From Octopus vulgaris (lineage: Eukaryota), in the NCBI GenBank assembly GCA_951406725.2, contig OX597816.1:155558001-155622000 (forward strand): 64,000 nucleotides of DNA, read 5' to 3'. Both the position numbers and the translations under genes were made by a program. Shown here piece after piece: positions 13,145 to 27,227 of the stretch. The notes under the pieces were generated by a model that was given only the letters and a program-made list of their open reading frames with translations, was not told where the DNA came from and ran no database searches. Numbering within the stretch: the stretch's first letter is position 1; each line of letters begins with the position of its first letter.

Positions 13145-13202
<58 letters not shown>

Positions 13203-13585
13203 TATATATATGTATATATACATATATAGATATATATGTATATATACATATATATATATATGTATATATACATATATATATATGTATATATACATATATA
13301 TATATATGTATATATACATATATATATATGTATATATACATATATAGATATATATGTATATATACATATATAGATATATATGTATATATACATATATAGA
13401 TATATATGTATATATACATATATAGATATATATGTATATATACATATATAGTTATATATGTATATATACATATATAGTTATATATGTATGTAGATATATA
13501 TATATATGTAGATATATGTATATATACATATATAGTTATATATGTATGTATATATATATATATATATACACACACATGCATATAT
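13075..13585. repeat. (TA)n-derived complex microsatellite
   Basis: TATATG/TATACA higher-order units. Confidence 0.95.
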
Positions 13586-13894
13586 GTCTATGCAGCCAAT
13601 ACTCTCATAAATGGTGTGTTTCTTACCACCTAATCTCTATGAATTTCTCCATAGATATGAATTCAAATTTATATTCATTGTTATGAGATACACATTAACA
13701 TACCAACATTTCTCCAGATATTTCTACCTAAGTAGTTTCCTGAAAATTTATATTTATTGGGTTACATCATATACTCTTCTAGAAATCTGAGCCTTATTAT
13801 GTAGTCATAATATACATTTATCGTGCATTATACCTTAATCCCTATAATTCTGTACCTTTTTAAGGATTCAATATTTGTATTTATTATGAATGAA

Positions 13895-14150
13895 AAGCAC
13901 TGGCGAGAGTACTGGTGCCACATAAAAAACACTGGAACTGGTGCCATGTAAAAAGCACTGTTGTTGGTGCTATTTAAAAAAACACCCAGCACACTCTGCA
14001 GAGTGGTTGGCATTAAGAAGGGCATCCAACTGTAGAAACCAAACCAAAACAAACTATAGAACTTGGTGTGGTCCTAAGTCGTGCCAGTTCCTGTCAAGCC
14101 ATCTAGCTCATTCCAGCGTGGAAAACAAACATTAAATGTTGATTATGATG
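13895..14150 (+). mobile_element. Diverged RTE 3'UTR fragment
   Basis: GGTGCCACATAAAAAACAC subrepeats, GAGTGGTTGGCATTAAGAAGGGCATCC, degenerate tail. Confidence 0.75.
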
Positions 14151-14804
14151 GTGGTGTGTGGTATATTCTATATACTTGCTATAGATTTGTACATTTTTAT
14201 TGGCAGTGGTGTGGGTGTCATTTCATGCCAGTTTTTTCACATTGGCATGGCCTAGATAGGTTGTTGCACATTCTCTTCTTTCTACTAGGTTGAGGTCTTT
14301 GGCTCATCATCAAAATGTATCTTGTGTCTTTCCTATAAGTATTTCCATGGTCATTGCTTCAATGAATTTCCAAATATTGTCTTGTTTTTCTCTGGTCTAT
14401 GATATTCAGTCCATTAGGCTTTCTAGCAGTTGACATCCTTTGGATTTATAGGCCTTTCTTTTCCTTCTTTGTAGTTCATTTTGCTACAATAGCCTCAAAT
14501 ATTGTTTGGGACAAAATTGTATGAAAAAATATTGTTTTTCTTAAATTTCATGTCTTAGGGCTTTCAAATATCTGTATATATTTTAATGTAGCTTTTACTT
14601 TAAATAGAACTGCCAACTTTTAGGAAAAGTGTTAACCCACTTTTAACCTTGAACATACACAACACAAATTCAGATACAAAATATATATAATATTTCACAT
14701 GACATTATATTTCCATTGATCAATAGTGTTGTTAAAGTGAATCCTTTTAATAAGGTCCAACATAGGTGGAGGTAAAGAATGTGTACAGCATCCATTTTTG
14801 AGTT

Positions 14805-15458
14805 TATTTTTTCAAAAATGTTTTTGGGATTTCTATGTTTTTGACATAGGAGAATATGATTTTGGCCCAAAATCACCTTCAAAATTTTAATTTTCCCTCT
14901 CCACTGCAATTTTTTAATATTTAACTATTTTTGGAATATTTTTTTAAATCTATGTAGAAAAATACAGAAATTACAAATCTGGGAATTTAAAAAAAAAATT
15001 TTCTTTAGGAAACACTCAATGCCCCTTCCCCCCTCCACCTCCCCGCTTTCGGAAACTAAAAATTCAGACTGTTTAACTTTTGATTGATGTTTTATGTATG
15101 CGTCAAAATATCGGACCACCACCAGAAATCCCGACATGCTAGAAACAACACCTAAACGACATTATCTCTGGAAAAACTTCCATGCTTTCAAAAAAGCTAA
15201 AAGTCAAACATTTGGAGGTGATGGTGTAGGGTGTGGAAGGGGCATTGAGTGTTTCTTAAAGAAAAGTTAGAAGTTGAAAAAAATCCCAGATTCGTAATCT
15301 CTGTATTTTTCTATGTGGATTAAAAATAAAAATAAAAAATGTTGAAAATTAAGAAATTGGGTTGGGGTGGAGGAAAATTAAAATTTTGAAAACATAATTT
15401 TGAAGCAGAATCGTATTCTCTTATATAGAAAACATAGAAATTTGAAAACATTTTTGAA
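14805..15458. mobile_element. Foldback/MITE-like element with ~270 bp imperfect inverted arms
   Basis: e.g. TTTCTTTAGGAAACACTCAATGCCCCTTCC (~15000) versus GGAAGGGGCATTGAGTGTTTCTTAAAGAAA (~15235); TTCAAAATTTTAATTTTCC versus GGAAAATTAAAATTTTGAA. Confidence 0.75.
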
Positions 15459-16259
15459 CCCCACCACCAAAACAGGTGGTGCACACATTTTTTACCTCTG
15501 CCCCAACACGTCAGTAACACTGGCATTTATAGTTTAGCCCCAGCTTATCTCTGATTAAGCAAATCTATGATAGTAAATATCCAAGTTATAACTATCGTGT
15601 TTCTTCAGATATCTAGGATGAACTATCTTATCCAATGAATCCTTTTTGTTTCCTAGACTACAGTGTTATGATAGCTATTTCTACCAGGTCAGTTCATTAT
15701 GTAAAGACTCTGTTGTTGATTTGGTGGTAGTAGTGTTAGAGTTAATGATATTAGTAGTGGTGGTGGTTGAGCTCTCAGTACCAACAATGATGGTAGTGGT
15801 GGTGGTTGAGCTCTCAGTACCAACAATGATGGTAGTGGTGATGTCAGTTATAGTAGTGGTGGTGGTAGTTAAATTCTTTCATGACTGTTTGCAGCCTTAT
15901 GAATGACTCAGTGACTTCCCCACTCACTCCAAGGTCTGCAAGGTTTGCTCTGAGTATCTACTATAATAATACTCTTGAGAATGGAAGGGGTGATGGCAAA
16001 CTGGTAGTAGGGTGATGGAAGATCTACGGTGAAAAGAAACAGTGTTTCAACTCTGTGAGTATATGTGTGTGTGTATGTAAAAGTGAGATATGTGAATGTT
16101 TGTGTGTGTGTGCGCGCGCATGTGTGCAATGTATGTGGGATTGTGAACATTCAATTCTGAAAAGAAAAATCAAACAGTGCTTCAACTCTGTGTGAGTATA
16201 TGTATGTATGTGCATGTACAGGGGAAGTATGTGAATGTTTGCATGTGTGAATCAGTGTT

Positions 16260-16586
16260 CTTTCAGCAACAAACGATGATCGATGTCACATCTCAAAAGA
16301 CAACCACTAGATAACATTGACATGTGTATTAATTTGATTTACCATTCCATATTCTATCCGTATTTACTTACAGCCAGCTTTATGTGGCTTTAAGTCATAC
16401 AAGAAGGAAGGAAAACTTGAAAATTCTTTTGAAAGAAACAAGCAGTCAAGAGATGTTAGTTGCAGAGAGATTTTCAACAAAAAATTTGGTAATAAAAGAA
16501 TTATTAAACTAAAACTTGGTTTTGTACCTTATTTTTATATAAAATACCACAATTGGCTGTCACTTTTGACTGTATGGCACCAGCTA

Positions 16587-16587
<1 letters not shown>
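16260..16587 (+). mobile_element. Helitron 3' end remnant (helicase C-terminus plus CTAG terminus)
   Basis: SQLYVALSHTRRKENLKIL (cf. HGQLYVALSR); short hairpin GTCA..TGAC then CTAG-T at 16584-16588. Confidence 0.6.
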
Positions 16588-16647
<60 letters not shown>

Positions 16648-16649
16648 TA

Positions 16650-17201
16650 TATTTTTTGTAAATTATATAACTATCAAAACGTATTAAAGTTTAATATAAG
16701 ATAAATAGTAAAAACACTACGATCGTTTCATGCCCATAACCAATTCGAATAACAATAATTTAAATTCAATTAATAATTCGAATTATGGTTACAGTCAATC
16801 TTCAGGTTAATTGTAATATTTTAATAAGTAAACAGAAATATTTAAACAATATTTTTAAGAAATAAATAATATAATAATTTTACTTATAAAAATCTCTATT
16901 ATCAAACTAGAAACTTAACGATTATGATTAAATCAAAACATCAATTATAATGTTAAATATTAATTTTAATTTTTTAGTATTAATTTTTAAGGTAAGAAAC
17001 CCACCAATAATCTAATATCAGTAATAGTCAATATCTAATTACGTAAATATTTTACAAAAAAACTTTTATATTATTAGAAATATAAAATTCAAATAATATA
17101 TAAATTATCAATGAAAATATATAAATGTATATAAATATTAGAATTAAGATCTAAAATAATCTCTATAAAAATATATATGCACATATAATAAAGACCTAAT
17201 A
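16650..17201 (-). mobile_element. AT-rich non-coding PLE-type element with hammerhead motif
   Basis: Very AT-rich block containing the HHR at 16718-16805, ending (minus strand) in a long (TA)n; cut by the assembly gap. Confidence 0.5.
16716..16807 (-). ncRNA. Minimal hammerhead ribozyme motif with long stem II
   Basis: Minus: CTGAAGA - ~70 nt hairpin (TGACTGTAACCA..AATTCGAAT/ATTCGAATT..TGGTTATGGGCA) - GAAA-CGATCG-TA; palindromic stem III; stem I weak. Confidence 0.65.
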
Positions 17202-17301
17202 NNNNNNNNNNNNNNNNNNNNNNNNNNNNNNNNNNNNNNNNNNNNNNNNNNNNNNNNNNNNNNNNNNNNNNNNNNNNNNNNNNNNNNNNNNNNNNNNNNN
17301 N
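17202..17301. other. Assembly gap (100 N)
   Basis: Run of N. Confidence 1.
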
Positions 17302-17302
17302 A

Positions 17303-18614
17303 CACTACGACTGGGTACTGAAACAACTACTGGATCGCTCACAGGTGGATGTGGTATATCTCGACTTTGCGAAGGCCTTTGACAAAGTCGACCACGGAGT
17401 GATATGTCACAAATTACTCAGACTCGGCATAACAGGAAAAGTAGGTGAGTGGATACATGACTTCCTGAAGGACAGAAGCCAGATGGTTGCAGCCAATGGA
17501 GCCCTCTCGGGAAAGACACCAATAGCAAGCGGGGTGCCACAGGGCACAGTCTTGGGACCCTTGCTGTTTTTGGTGGCGCTCTCTGACATGCCCTTGGTAG
17601 CACAAACAACATCCCTCACTAGCTATGCTGATGACACAAAGGTAGCACAGGCAATCAAAAACCCAGCTGATGCTGACCTTTTACAACAAGATCTGGATGC
17701 CATATACAAATGGGCTGAAGACAACAACATGCAATTTAATGCTGGTAAATTTCAAGCCTTACAATATCAAGCTGTAAACACATATACATTACAACACAAC
17801 TATACTGGTCCAGGAGGGATCGAAATCCCAGTATCGAAATCAATACGGGACCTGGGGATAGACATGAGTGACGATGCATCTTTTTCTTCACACATCGCGA
17901 AGGTGGCGACAATGTGCAGACGACTCACTGGCTGGATCCTGAGGACATTCCGGACAAGAGACTGCGAGACCATGTTGACACTATGGAGGACATTTGTCCT
18001 AAGCCGCCTGGACTACTGCTCCCAACTGTGGTCACCGCATAGTGTCAAACTAACCACAGAGCTTGAGACAATCCAAAGACATTTCACCAAGAGGATTTCC
18101 ACCATGAAAGAAAAGAACTATTGGGAGAGGCTTAGGGAACTCAATTTGTACTCCTTGGAACGAAGACGAGAGAGATATGCAGTGATATACATATGGAAAA
18201 TCCTGGAGGGACTAGCACCAAATTTTGGAATTGAGAGCTGTTCCAATCCCCGTACAGGACGTCACTGTGTGGTGCCAAAGGTCCCGTCTTCCACATCCAG
18301 GGTAAGGAGCAGATACTGTAATAGCCTGGGGTTCAGGGGCCCTCAGCTTTTCAACAAACTGCCAAGAAAACTAAGAGATCTACATGATGCGGATGTGGAC
18401 ATTTTCAAAAAACATCTAGACAAGCTGCTTTCCGGGATCCCAGATGAACCCACTGCAAGGTACGAAGGTAACCTAAGGGCAGCAGCTACAAACTCTCTCT
18501 TAGATCAGTGGCCAGCCACGGCAAACTGGACTTAGAGGGTAGCAACAAGGGCGGTGCCCCAGCATGGCCTCAGCCGGATGGCTGAAACAAGTAAAAGAGT
18601 AAAGAGTAAAGAGT
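17303..18614 (+). mobile_element. CR1/L2-group LINE: intact reverse transcriptase C-terminal ORF plus 3'UTR
   Basis: Uninterrupted frame from the gap to stop 18535: YLDFAKAFDKVDH, GVPQGTVLGPLLF, YADDTK, RDLGI, LDYCSQLWSP, LYSLERRRERY; tail CCAGCATGGCC..CTGAAACAAGT(AAAGAGT)n. Confidence 0.95.
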
Positions 18615-19023
<409 letters not shown>

Positions 19024-19942
19024 TCTCTCCGCATCGATATCCAGCTCTCTCACCACCACCGCCTTCTTTAAACCTACGGATTCCCACCTCTATCTCAACT
19101 TCTCTTCCTCCCACCCCTTCCACACCAAACGAGCCATCCCCTACTCCCAGTTCCTCCGCCTCCGACGTTTGTGCAGCCGCGACCAGGATTTCGAGACCCA
19201 ATCTCAATACCTGGCCCGCATGTTACTCCGAGGTTACCCACCCACACTCCTCTCTGATGCCCTCACCCGCGCCCGTCGCATCGACCGCACTACCGCCTTG
19301 TCTCCTTCCCCCCGCCCACCCCCCAACCGCACCCCCTTCCCCCTCCTTTTCCACCCCTCTACCCTACCCCCTTCGTCGCAAGATACTACGTGCCTTCCGT
19401 CGCCTCCAGCTTGATCCCACCACCCGCCCCATTTTCCCTAACCCACCCCTGTCCTCTTTCAAACGAGCCCGCAATCTGCGTGACCTCCTGGTCCACAGCA
19501 CCCTCTCTCCTTCCCCCTCAGCCCCACACGGATCATTCCCTTGCTCTAGATCCCGCTGCAACACTTGCCCTTCATCACCAACACCACCGCTGTCACCGGC
19601 TCCAACCTGCATACTGTACGCATTAGGCACTCTTTTACGTGCACCTCGTCTGGCCTTATTTACTGCATTAAATGCAACCTATGCGGGATGCTGTATGTAG
19701 GTCAGACGGGACGCCGGTTGTCCGACCGTTTCATTGAACACTTGAGGGACGTTCGCCTACACTCTTTTTCTCCCGTCGCACGCCACTTCCGCTCGGCCGG
19801 CCATTCCCGAGATGACATCTCAGTGTTTGGTCTCGCCCCCCACAATGGTCGCCCACTTTCCAGGCTCCACTTGGAGCAACGCTACATCTTCACCCTACAA
19901 ACTACCACCCCACACGGACTTAACACAGCCCCCTCCTCTTGA
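19024..19942 (+). mobile_element. Penelope-like element, 5'-truncated ORF (RT thumb, linker, GIY-YIG endonuclease), frameshifted
   Basis: [38 protein letters not shown]; [12 protein letters not shown]; CSRSRCNTC; [40 protein letters not shown]. Confidence 0.95.
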
Positions 19943-22905
19943 GACCGTTTTTTTTTTTTTTTCCGGACACACCACCCACACACACCCACCCACCTACCTC
20001 CCACCCACCTACCTACCTCCCACACGCCTGTTCACACACACACATACGTAGACCCATCTACGTACATACATTCACACATTTAATCACACACACTTACAGA
20101 CACACATGCACATACACACACACATACATACATACACACACGCATACATACTTACACACACACACACACAGACATACATACACACATACACACACACATA
20201 CATACGCACATACATACACACACACTCACACACACACACCGCACGTACATACTTCACACACACACACATGCACACATACATGTAGGCACATACATACATA
20301 CATACCCACACATGCACACCCGTACACTGAATGCACACACACATACACCTTTTTGCATCCAGGCAGCCCCCCTCTTTTCTGCTTTCCGGTTTTGACTGAT
20401 GGATCCTCGGTTCCCCGCGTAGCAACGTTCGAGGGCCTTTGCGCTCGCGCGCCTTGGCGCGCGCTGGGGGCTCGGTCGGCCCATTTGGGCTTGCGTTGCA
20501 CTGCTTGTGCGGTGTGTGCGTGAGCGCGCTTCGTGTGTGTGGGCTTGCTTCGGATGTGCGCTTGCGTATGTTTGCATACATACCCACACACTCGCATGCA
20601 TCCCTACCAACATACATACACGCACACCTACTCACACACACACATACACACACACACATACCCGCACACACACACACATACATACATACACACACATACC
20701 CACTTCAGACATACACACACACAGACATACACCCATACACCCACACCCACACGCATACACACACACACATACACACGCACACGTACACATACACACACAC
20801 ACACACACCTACATACATACATTACACTTGTATACACACACACTTACATTCATACACACACACACCTACACAGCCATACCCTCACTCAGACACACACATC
20901 TACCTACACACACACAAACACACACTGACACACACCCATACATACATACATCTACACACTCACGCCTACACACATACATACACACATACATAAACACACA
21001 CACATACACATACACACATACGCACACACCATATACTTATACACATGCACACATACATACATACATACATACATACATACATACATACATACATACATAC
21101 ATACATACATACATACATACACACAGACATACACACATACACACTCACACAAACATACACACACACATACTTACACACACACTCACCTGCACGCGCACAC
21201 ACATGCATGACAAACACTCATACACTCACACTCACATACGCACACACCAACATAAACACGCACACACACACACACACCTACACTCCCACACACATACACA
21301 CGCACCTACATACACACACGCACGCATACACACGCATACACACATACATTACACACGTACACACACACACCTACATACACATGCATACACACACACACAC
21401 AAACATGCACGGACACACCCAGACATACATACATACACCTATATACACACGCCTACACACCTACATACACACACATACACACACATACATACACATACAC
21501 GGACACACCCATACATACTTACATACATACACCTATACACACACGCCTACACACCTACACACACACATGCACACACACACACATACGCACATACACACAC
21601 ATATACGCACACACATATATACCCACACACATGCACACACACACATACGCACATACATGCACGCATGCACACGCGCACACCTACACGCATACACACACAC
21701 ACACGCACGTACACATACATACATACACACACGCATACATACACCCATACACATACATGCATCCTACACACACATACATACACACTCACACATACATACA
21801 CACACACGCACTCACTCACACACCTGTATGTTCGCGCACACACATGCACATACACACACTTCCCCACACCCATACGTACATACATACACACTCATACACA
21901 CACACACACACACACACACGGACATACATCTATGCACACACATATATACACACATACTCACATACATTCATCGGACACACTGCCACCCAGACATACACAC
22001 AGACACACTCACACATCCACACGCACACATACGTACGCGCACACTCGCAGGCTCGCGCACACACGCGTTTGCGCCGGTTCGCGCACGCATGCGCCCCGCA
22101 TGCACCTCGCCCTTGGACCCGACGAGACCTCCCGCCCGTTCCTGGGATGTCGCTTGTCGTTGGGTTTTCCCACGCCCGTCTCCGCGGGACCACTCTTCCA
22201 TCTTCCCCTCCGCTGGAGTCCTTTTCCTAACCCCCCCTTTTTTTCGTTACACACACGCGCACACATATACACACATTGCTTAAACATATACATCACTCTT
22301 ACACACATTCAATCTACTCGCCACTAATACTACCACGACACTGGACACACACACACTACTACTCAACACACGCTGGCACGCTACATACGCCCACCCCTTC
22401 CCCTCCCTCCCTTCCTCCTTCCTCCCTTTTCTTACTACTGACCTTTGTCTGCTATGCTGCTGCTATGCTGACCACCGTCTCGCCCTACCTCACACGCCTA
22501 CACACTGACGCACACACTAACACATACATATATTTTTGTTTTTTTACCTCGCCTCACACACACACATACACACACGCACACGCACAGACTCACACATACA
22601 CACACATCTGTTGCGTTACCAACCTTGTCTCCACTCTTTTGCCTTTAAAAACCCACTTTGCTCTTGTTATCGTAAACATCCGCCTTTCACCATGTGCTAC
22701 TCCTAACACCAGCCGTTTTTTTCTCTATCTCCGTTGCCCGCTCCGGGATCTTTCTTTCCTCTCTCTTCCTTCTTTATGTTTCCGACGAAGAGCTCCGCTC
22801 AAAACGTCATACCTCCCTGCTTCCATTTCCTGAGCGCCTATTAATAATAATACTGTAATTGTTCCATTGTTGTTGTTTTTTTGTTTCCCGTTTGGATTAA
22901 AATTA
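19943..22905 (+). mobile_element. PLE 3' non-coding region: expanded (CA)n/(CATA)n with GC-rich islands and terminal HHR block
   Basis: Contiguous with the PLE ORF; terminal ~170 bp homologous to 860-1015. Confidence 0.8.
22778..22812 (+). ncRNA. Hammerhead motif, same family as 892-926 but G12>A (likely inactive)
   Basis: GTTT-CCGACGA-A-GAGC(TCC)GCTC-AAAA-CG-TC-ATAC. Confidence 0.6.
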
Positions 22906-22925
22906 TATATATATATATATATATA

Positions 22926-23051
22926 TACAAACTCTCTCTATAGATCAGTGGCCAGCCACGGCAAACTGGACTTAGAGAGGGTAGCAACAAGGGCAGTGCC
23001 CCAGCATGGCCTCAGCCGGATGGCTGAAACTAGTAAAAAGAGTAAAAGAGT
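22926..23051 (+). repeat. Direct duplicate of LINE 3' end 18487-18614
   Basis: TACAAACTCTCTCT..GATCAGTGGCCAGCCACGGCAAACTGGACTTAGAG..AAAAGAGT at both positions. Confidence 0.95.
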
Positions 23052-23943
23052 ATGTATGTATATATATATATATATGTGTATGTATATATGTATATATGTA
23101 TATATATATGTATGTATATATATATATGTGTATGTATATATATATATATATATGTGTATGTATGTATATATATATATGTGTATGTATGTATATATATATA
23201 TGTGTATGTATGTATATATATATATGTGTATGTATGTATATATATATATGTGTATGTATATATGTATATATGTGTATGTATATATGTATATATATATATG
23301 TATGTATATATATATGTGTATGTATATATATGTGTATGTATATATATATATATATATGTGTATGTATATATATGTGTATATATATATGTGTATGTATATA
23401 TATATATATGTGTATGTGTGTATATATATATATGTGTATGTGTATATATATATATGTGTATGTATATATATATATATGTGTATGTATGTATATATATGTG
23501 TATGTGTATATATATGTGTGTATGTATGTATATATATATGTATGTATGTATATATATATGTATGTATATATATATGTATGTATATATATATATGTATGTA
23601 TATATATATATGTATGTATGTATATATATATGTGTATGTATGTATATATATGTGTATGTATGTATATATATATATGTGTATGTATGTATATATATATATG
23701 TGTATGTATGTATATATATATATATGTGTATATATATGTATGTATATATATATGTGTATGTATGTATATATATATATGTATGTATGTATATATATATATA
23801 TGTATGTATGTATATATATATGTGTATGTATGTATATATATATATGTGTATGTATGTATATATATATATGTGTATGTATGTATATATATATATATGTATG
23901 TATGTATATGTATATATATATATGTATATGTGTGTGTGTGTGT

Positions 23944-23979
<36 letters not shown>

Positions 23980-23991
23980 ATATATATATAT

Positions 23992-24041
<50 letters not shown>

Positions 24042-24042
24042 T

Positions 24043-24097
<55 letters not shown>

Positions 24098-24130
24098 TAT
24101 TTGTGTGTGTGTGTATGTGTATGTATATAT

Positions 24131-24203
<73 letters not shown>

Positions 24204-24219
24204 TATGTATGTATGTATA

Positions 24220-24262
<43 letters not shown>

Positions 24263-24265
24263 GTG

Positions 24266-24308
<43 letters not shown>

Positions 24309-24324
24309 ATATATATGTATGTAT

Positions 24325-24365
<41 letters not shown>

Positions 24366-24371
24366 TATATG

Positions 24372-24407
<36 letters not shown>

Positions 24408-24686
24408 TGTATGTATATATATATGTATGTATATATATATGTATGTATATATATATATGTATGTATATATATATATATGTATGTGTATATATATATATAT
24501 GTATGTATATATATATGTATGTATATATATATATGTATGTATATATATATATGTATATATATATATGTATGTATGTGTGTGTGTGTGTATGTATATATAT
24601 ATATGTATGTATATATATATATGTATGTATATATATATATATGTATGTATATATATATATGTATGTATATATATATATATATGTAT

Positions 24687-24722
<36 letters not shown>

Positions 24723-24793
24723 GTATGTATATATATATATGTGTATATATATATATGTATATATATATGTATGTATATATATATATGTGTATG

Positions 24794-24830
<37 letters not shown>

Positions 24831-24865
24831 GTGTATGTATATATATATATGTGTATGTATATATA

Positions 24866-24906
<41 letters not shown>

Positions 24907-25026
24907 ATGTATATATATATGTATATATATATATCTATGTGTATGTATATATATATATATGTATATATATATCTATATTTATCTATATATATATGTATAT
25001 GTATATATGTATATATATGTATATGT

Positions 25027-25060
<34 letters not shown>

Positions 25061-25125
25061 GTATATGTATATATGTATATATATGTATATGTATATATAT
25101 GTATATGTATATATGTATATATATG

Positions 25126-25156
<31 letters not shown>

Positions 25157-25397
25157 GTATATGTATATATATGTATATGTATATATATATGTATATGTAT
25201 ATATATGGATATCTATATGTATATGTATATATATATGTATATGTATATATATGTATATCTATATGTATATGTATATATATATATGTATATGTATATATAT
25301 GTATATGTATATATATATGTATATGTATATATATATATGTATATGTATATATATGTATATGTATATATATATGTATATGTATATATATATATATGTG

Positions 25398-25431
<34 letters not shown>

Positions 25432-25587
25432 TATGTATATGTATATATATATGTATATGTATATGTATATGTATATATATATGTGTATATGTATATGTAT
25501 ATATATATGTGTATATGTATATGTATATATATATGTGTATATGTATATGTATATATATATGTGTATATGTATATGTATATATATATG
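23052..25587. repeat. ~2.5 kb (TA/TG) complex microsatellite
   Basis: TATG/TGTA/TG repeats. Confidence 0.95.
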
Positions 25588-26330
25588 ATTGATTGATTGA
25601 TTGATTGATTCTAGTTTCAGCTTATGAGCTGTGGCCATGCTGGGGCACCGCCATTTGGTGTTGCTACTTGGTTTCACTTCATGGAGGCTTTCTAGCAACT
25701 GCTATTTGGTGCATGAGAGAGTTCGATGCAGCTGCCCTCATCTGCCCCTCCTGCCGTGAAGTTGGTTCATCTGGGACACCTGACAGGAAGAGATCCAGCT
25801 TCATTTTAAAGACATCTGTATCCACCCCATGCAGGTCTCTCAGGTTCTTCGGGATGATATTGAAGAGCTGTGGGCCTCGGAAGCCCAGGCTATCACAGAA
25901 TCTTGTCCTACATCTTGATGGCAGGTTTGGAGTCCTAGGCACCACGCAGTGGCGCCCAGTTCTGGCATTTGCGTAACTCTCGATGCCAAAGTTCAGGACA
26001 CTTCCTCCAGGATCTTCCAGATGTATATTATGGCATATCTTTCCCGCCTACGCTCCAGGGAATATAATTTTAATCTCTTGAGTCTTTCCCAGTAGCTTAC
26101 ATTCTGCATAGAGGCTATCTTCTTTGTGTAGCTTCGTTGGATCGCCTCAAGTTCTGTGATCAACTTGACACTGGATGGTGACCATAGCTGAGAGCAATAG
26201 TCAAAGTGGCTTAGGACAAGTGTCTTCCATAGGACCATCATGGTTTCTTGTTCTCTTGTTCTAAAGGTTCTAAGAATCCATCCAGCCAGCCGTCTACATT
26301 TCATTGTCAGTTTAGCAACATGTACATGAG
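25588..26330 (-). mobile_element. CR1/L2-group LINE 3' fragment (sister subfamily of 17303-18614)
   Basis: ORFs 25993-26304 and 25679-25945: DYCSQLWSP, LYSLERRRERY, SLGFRGPQLFN, PDEPT; (TCAA)n tail. Confidence 0.92.
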
Positions 26331-27175
26331 AAGGTCATATATATACATATATATACATATATATGTGTATATATATGGTCATATATATACATATATATAT
26401 GAAAGGTCATATATATACATATATATACATATATATGTGTATATATACATATACACATATATGTGTATATATATGTATATGTATATATATGTATATGTAT
26501 ATATATGTATATGTATATATATATATATGTATATGTATGTATATGTATATATATATGTATATGTATATATATATATATGTATATGTATGTATATGTATAT
26601 ATATATGTATATGTATATGTATATATATATGTATATATATATGTATATGTATATATATATGTATATGTATATATATATGTATATATATATGTATATGTAT
26701 ATATATATGTATATATATATATATGTATATATATATGTATATATGTTATATAAAAGGGCTTAGTAAAATAAATTACTTTGCCGCATACTCAACTCATTAG
26801 AAATAGCAGCTAAAAAAACTTTTTTAAAGCTATTTCTAATACTTAAAGAAAATCTCTCTCATATAGTGTTTGCTTAACTCAACTCACAAAAGTTTACTCA
26901 ACTCTCTTTTTTAAAGCTATTTCTAATACTTAAAGAAAATCTCTCTCATATAGTGTTTACTTAACTCAACTCACAATGCTTCGGATTTTACCGAAATAAG
27001 CATAGTGTTTGATGATTTTAACCCACGCTGGTGGAAAGGGGAGAACAGAAATTCTTCGCTTGCTTATTTGAGTTTGTTGGCACTGTTAGTTACGAACAGA
27101 TCTTCGAAAAGCGATGAGAAGCCGAAAGGGTATGTTCTTACTTTCAGTGTTTTCAAATCCAAACCAAGGAGTTTC

Positions 27176-27227
27176 TGAGCTGATGATAGAAGTGTCGTTT
27201 TGACTAATCTTGAAACGTACGTTCTCA
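27176..27227 (+). ncRNA. Minimal type I hammerhead ribozyme, copy 1
   Basis: TGAG-CTGATGA-TAGAAGTGTC(GTTTT)GACTAATCTT-GAAA-CGTACG-TT-CTCA: canonical core, stem I TGAG/CTCA, palindromic ACGTACGT stem III, predicted cleavage after 27223. Confidence 0.8.

Noticed and set aside
15646-15906. Val-rich hydrophobic ORF with a duplicated 13 aa block
   Set aside because: (GTG/GTA)n low-complexity DNA with a 39 bp tandem duplication.
19939-22327. His/Thr-rich ORFs (up to 606 aa)
   Set aside because: Translations of (CA)n tracts in the PLE 3' region.
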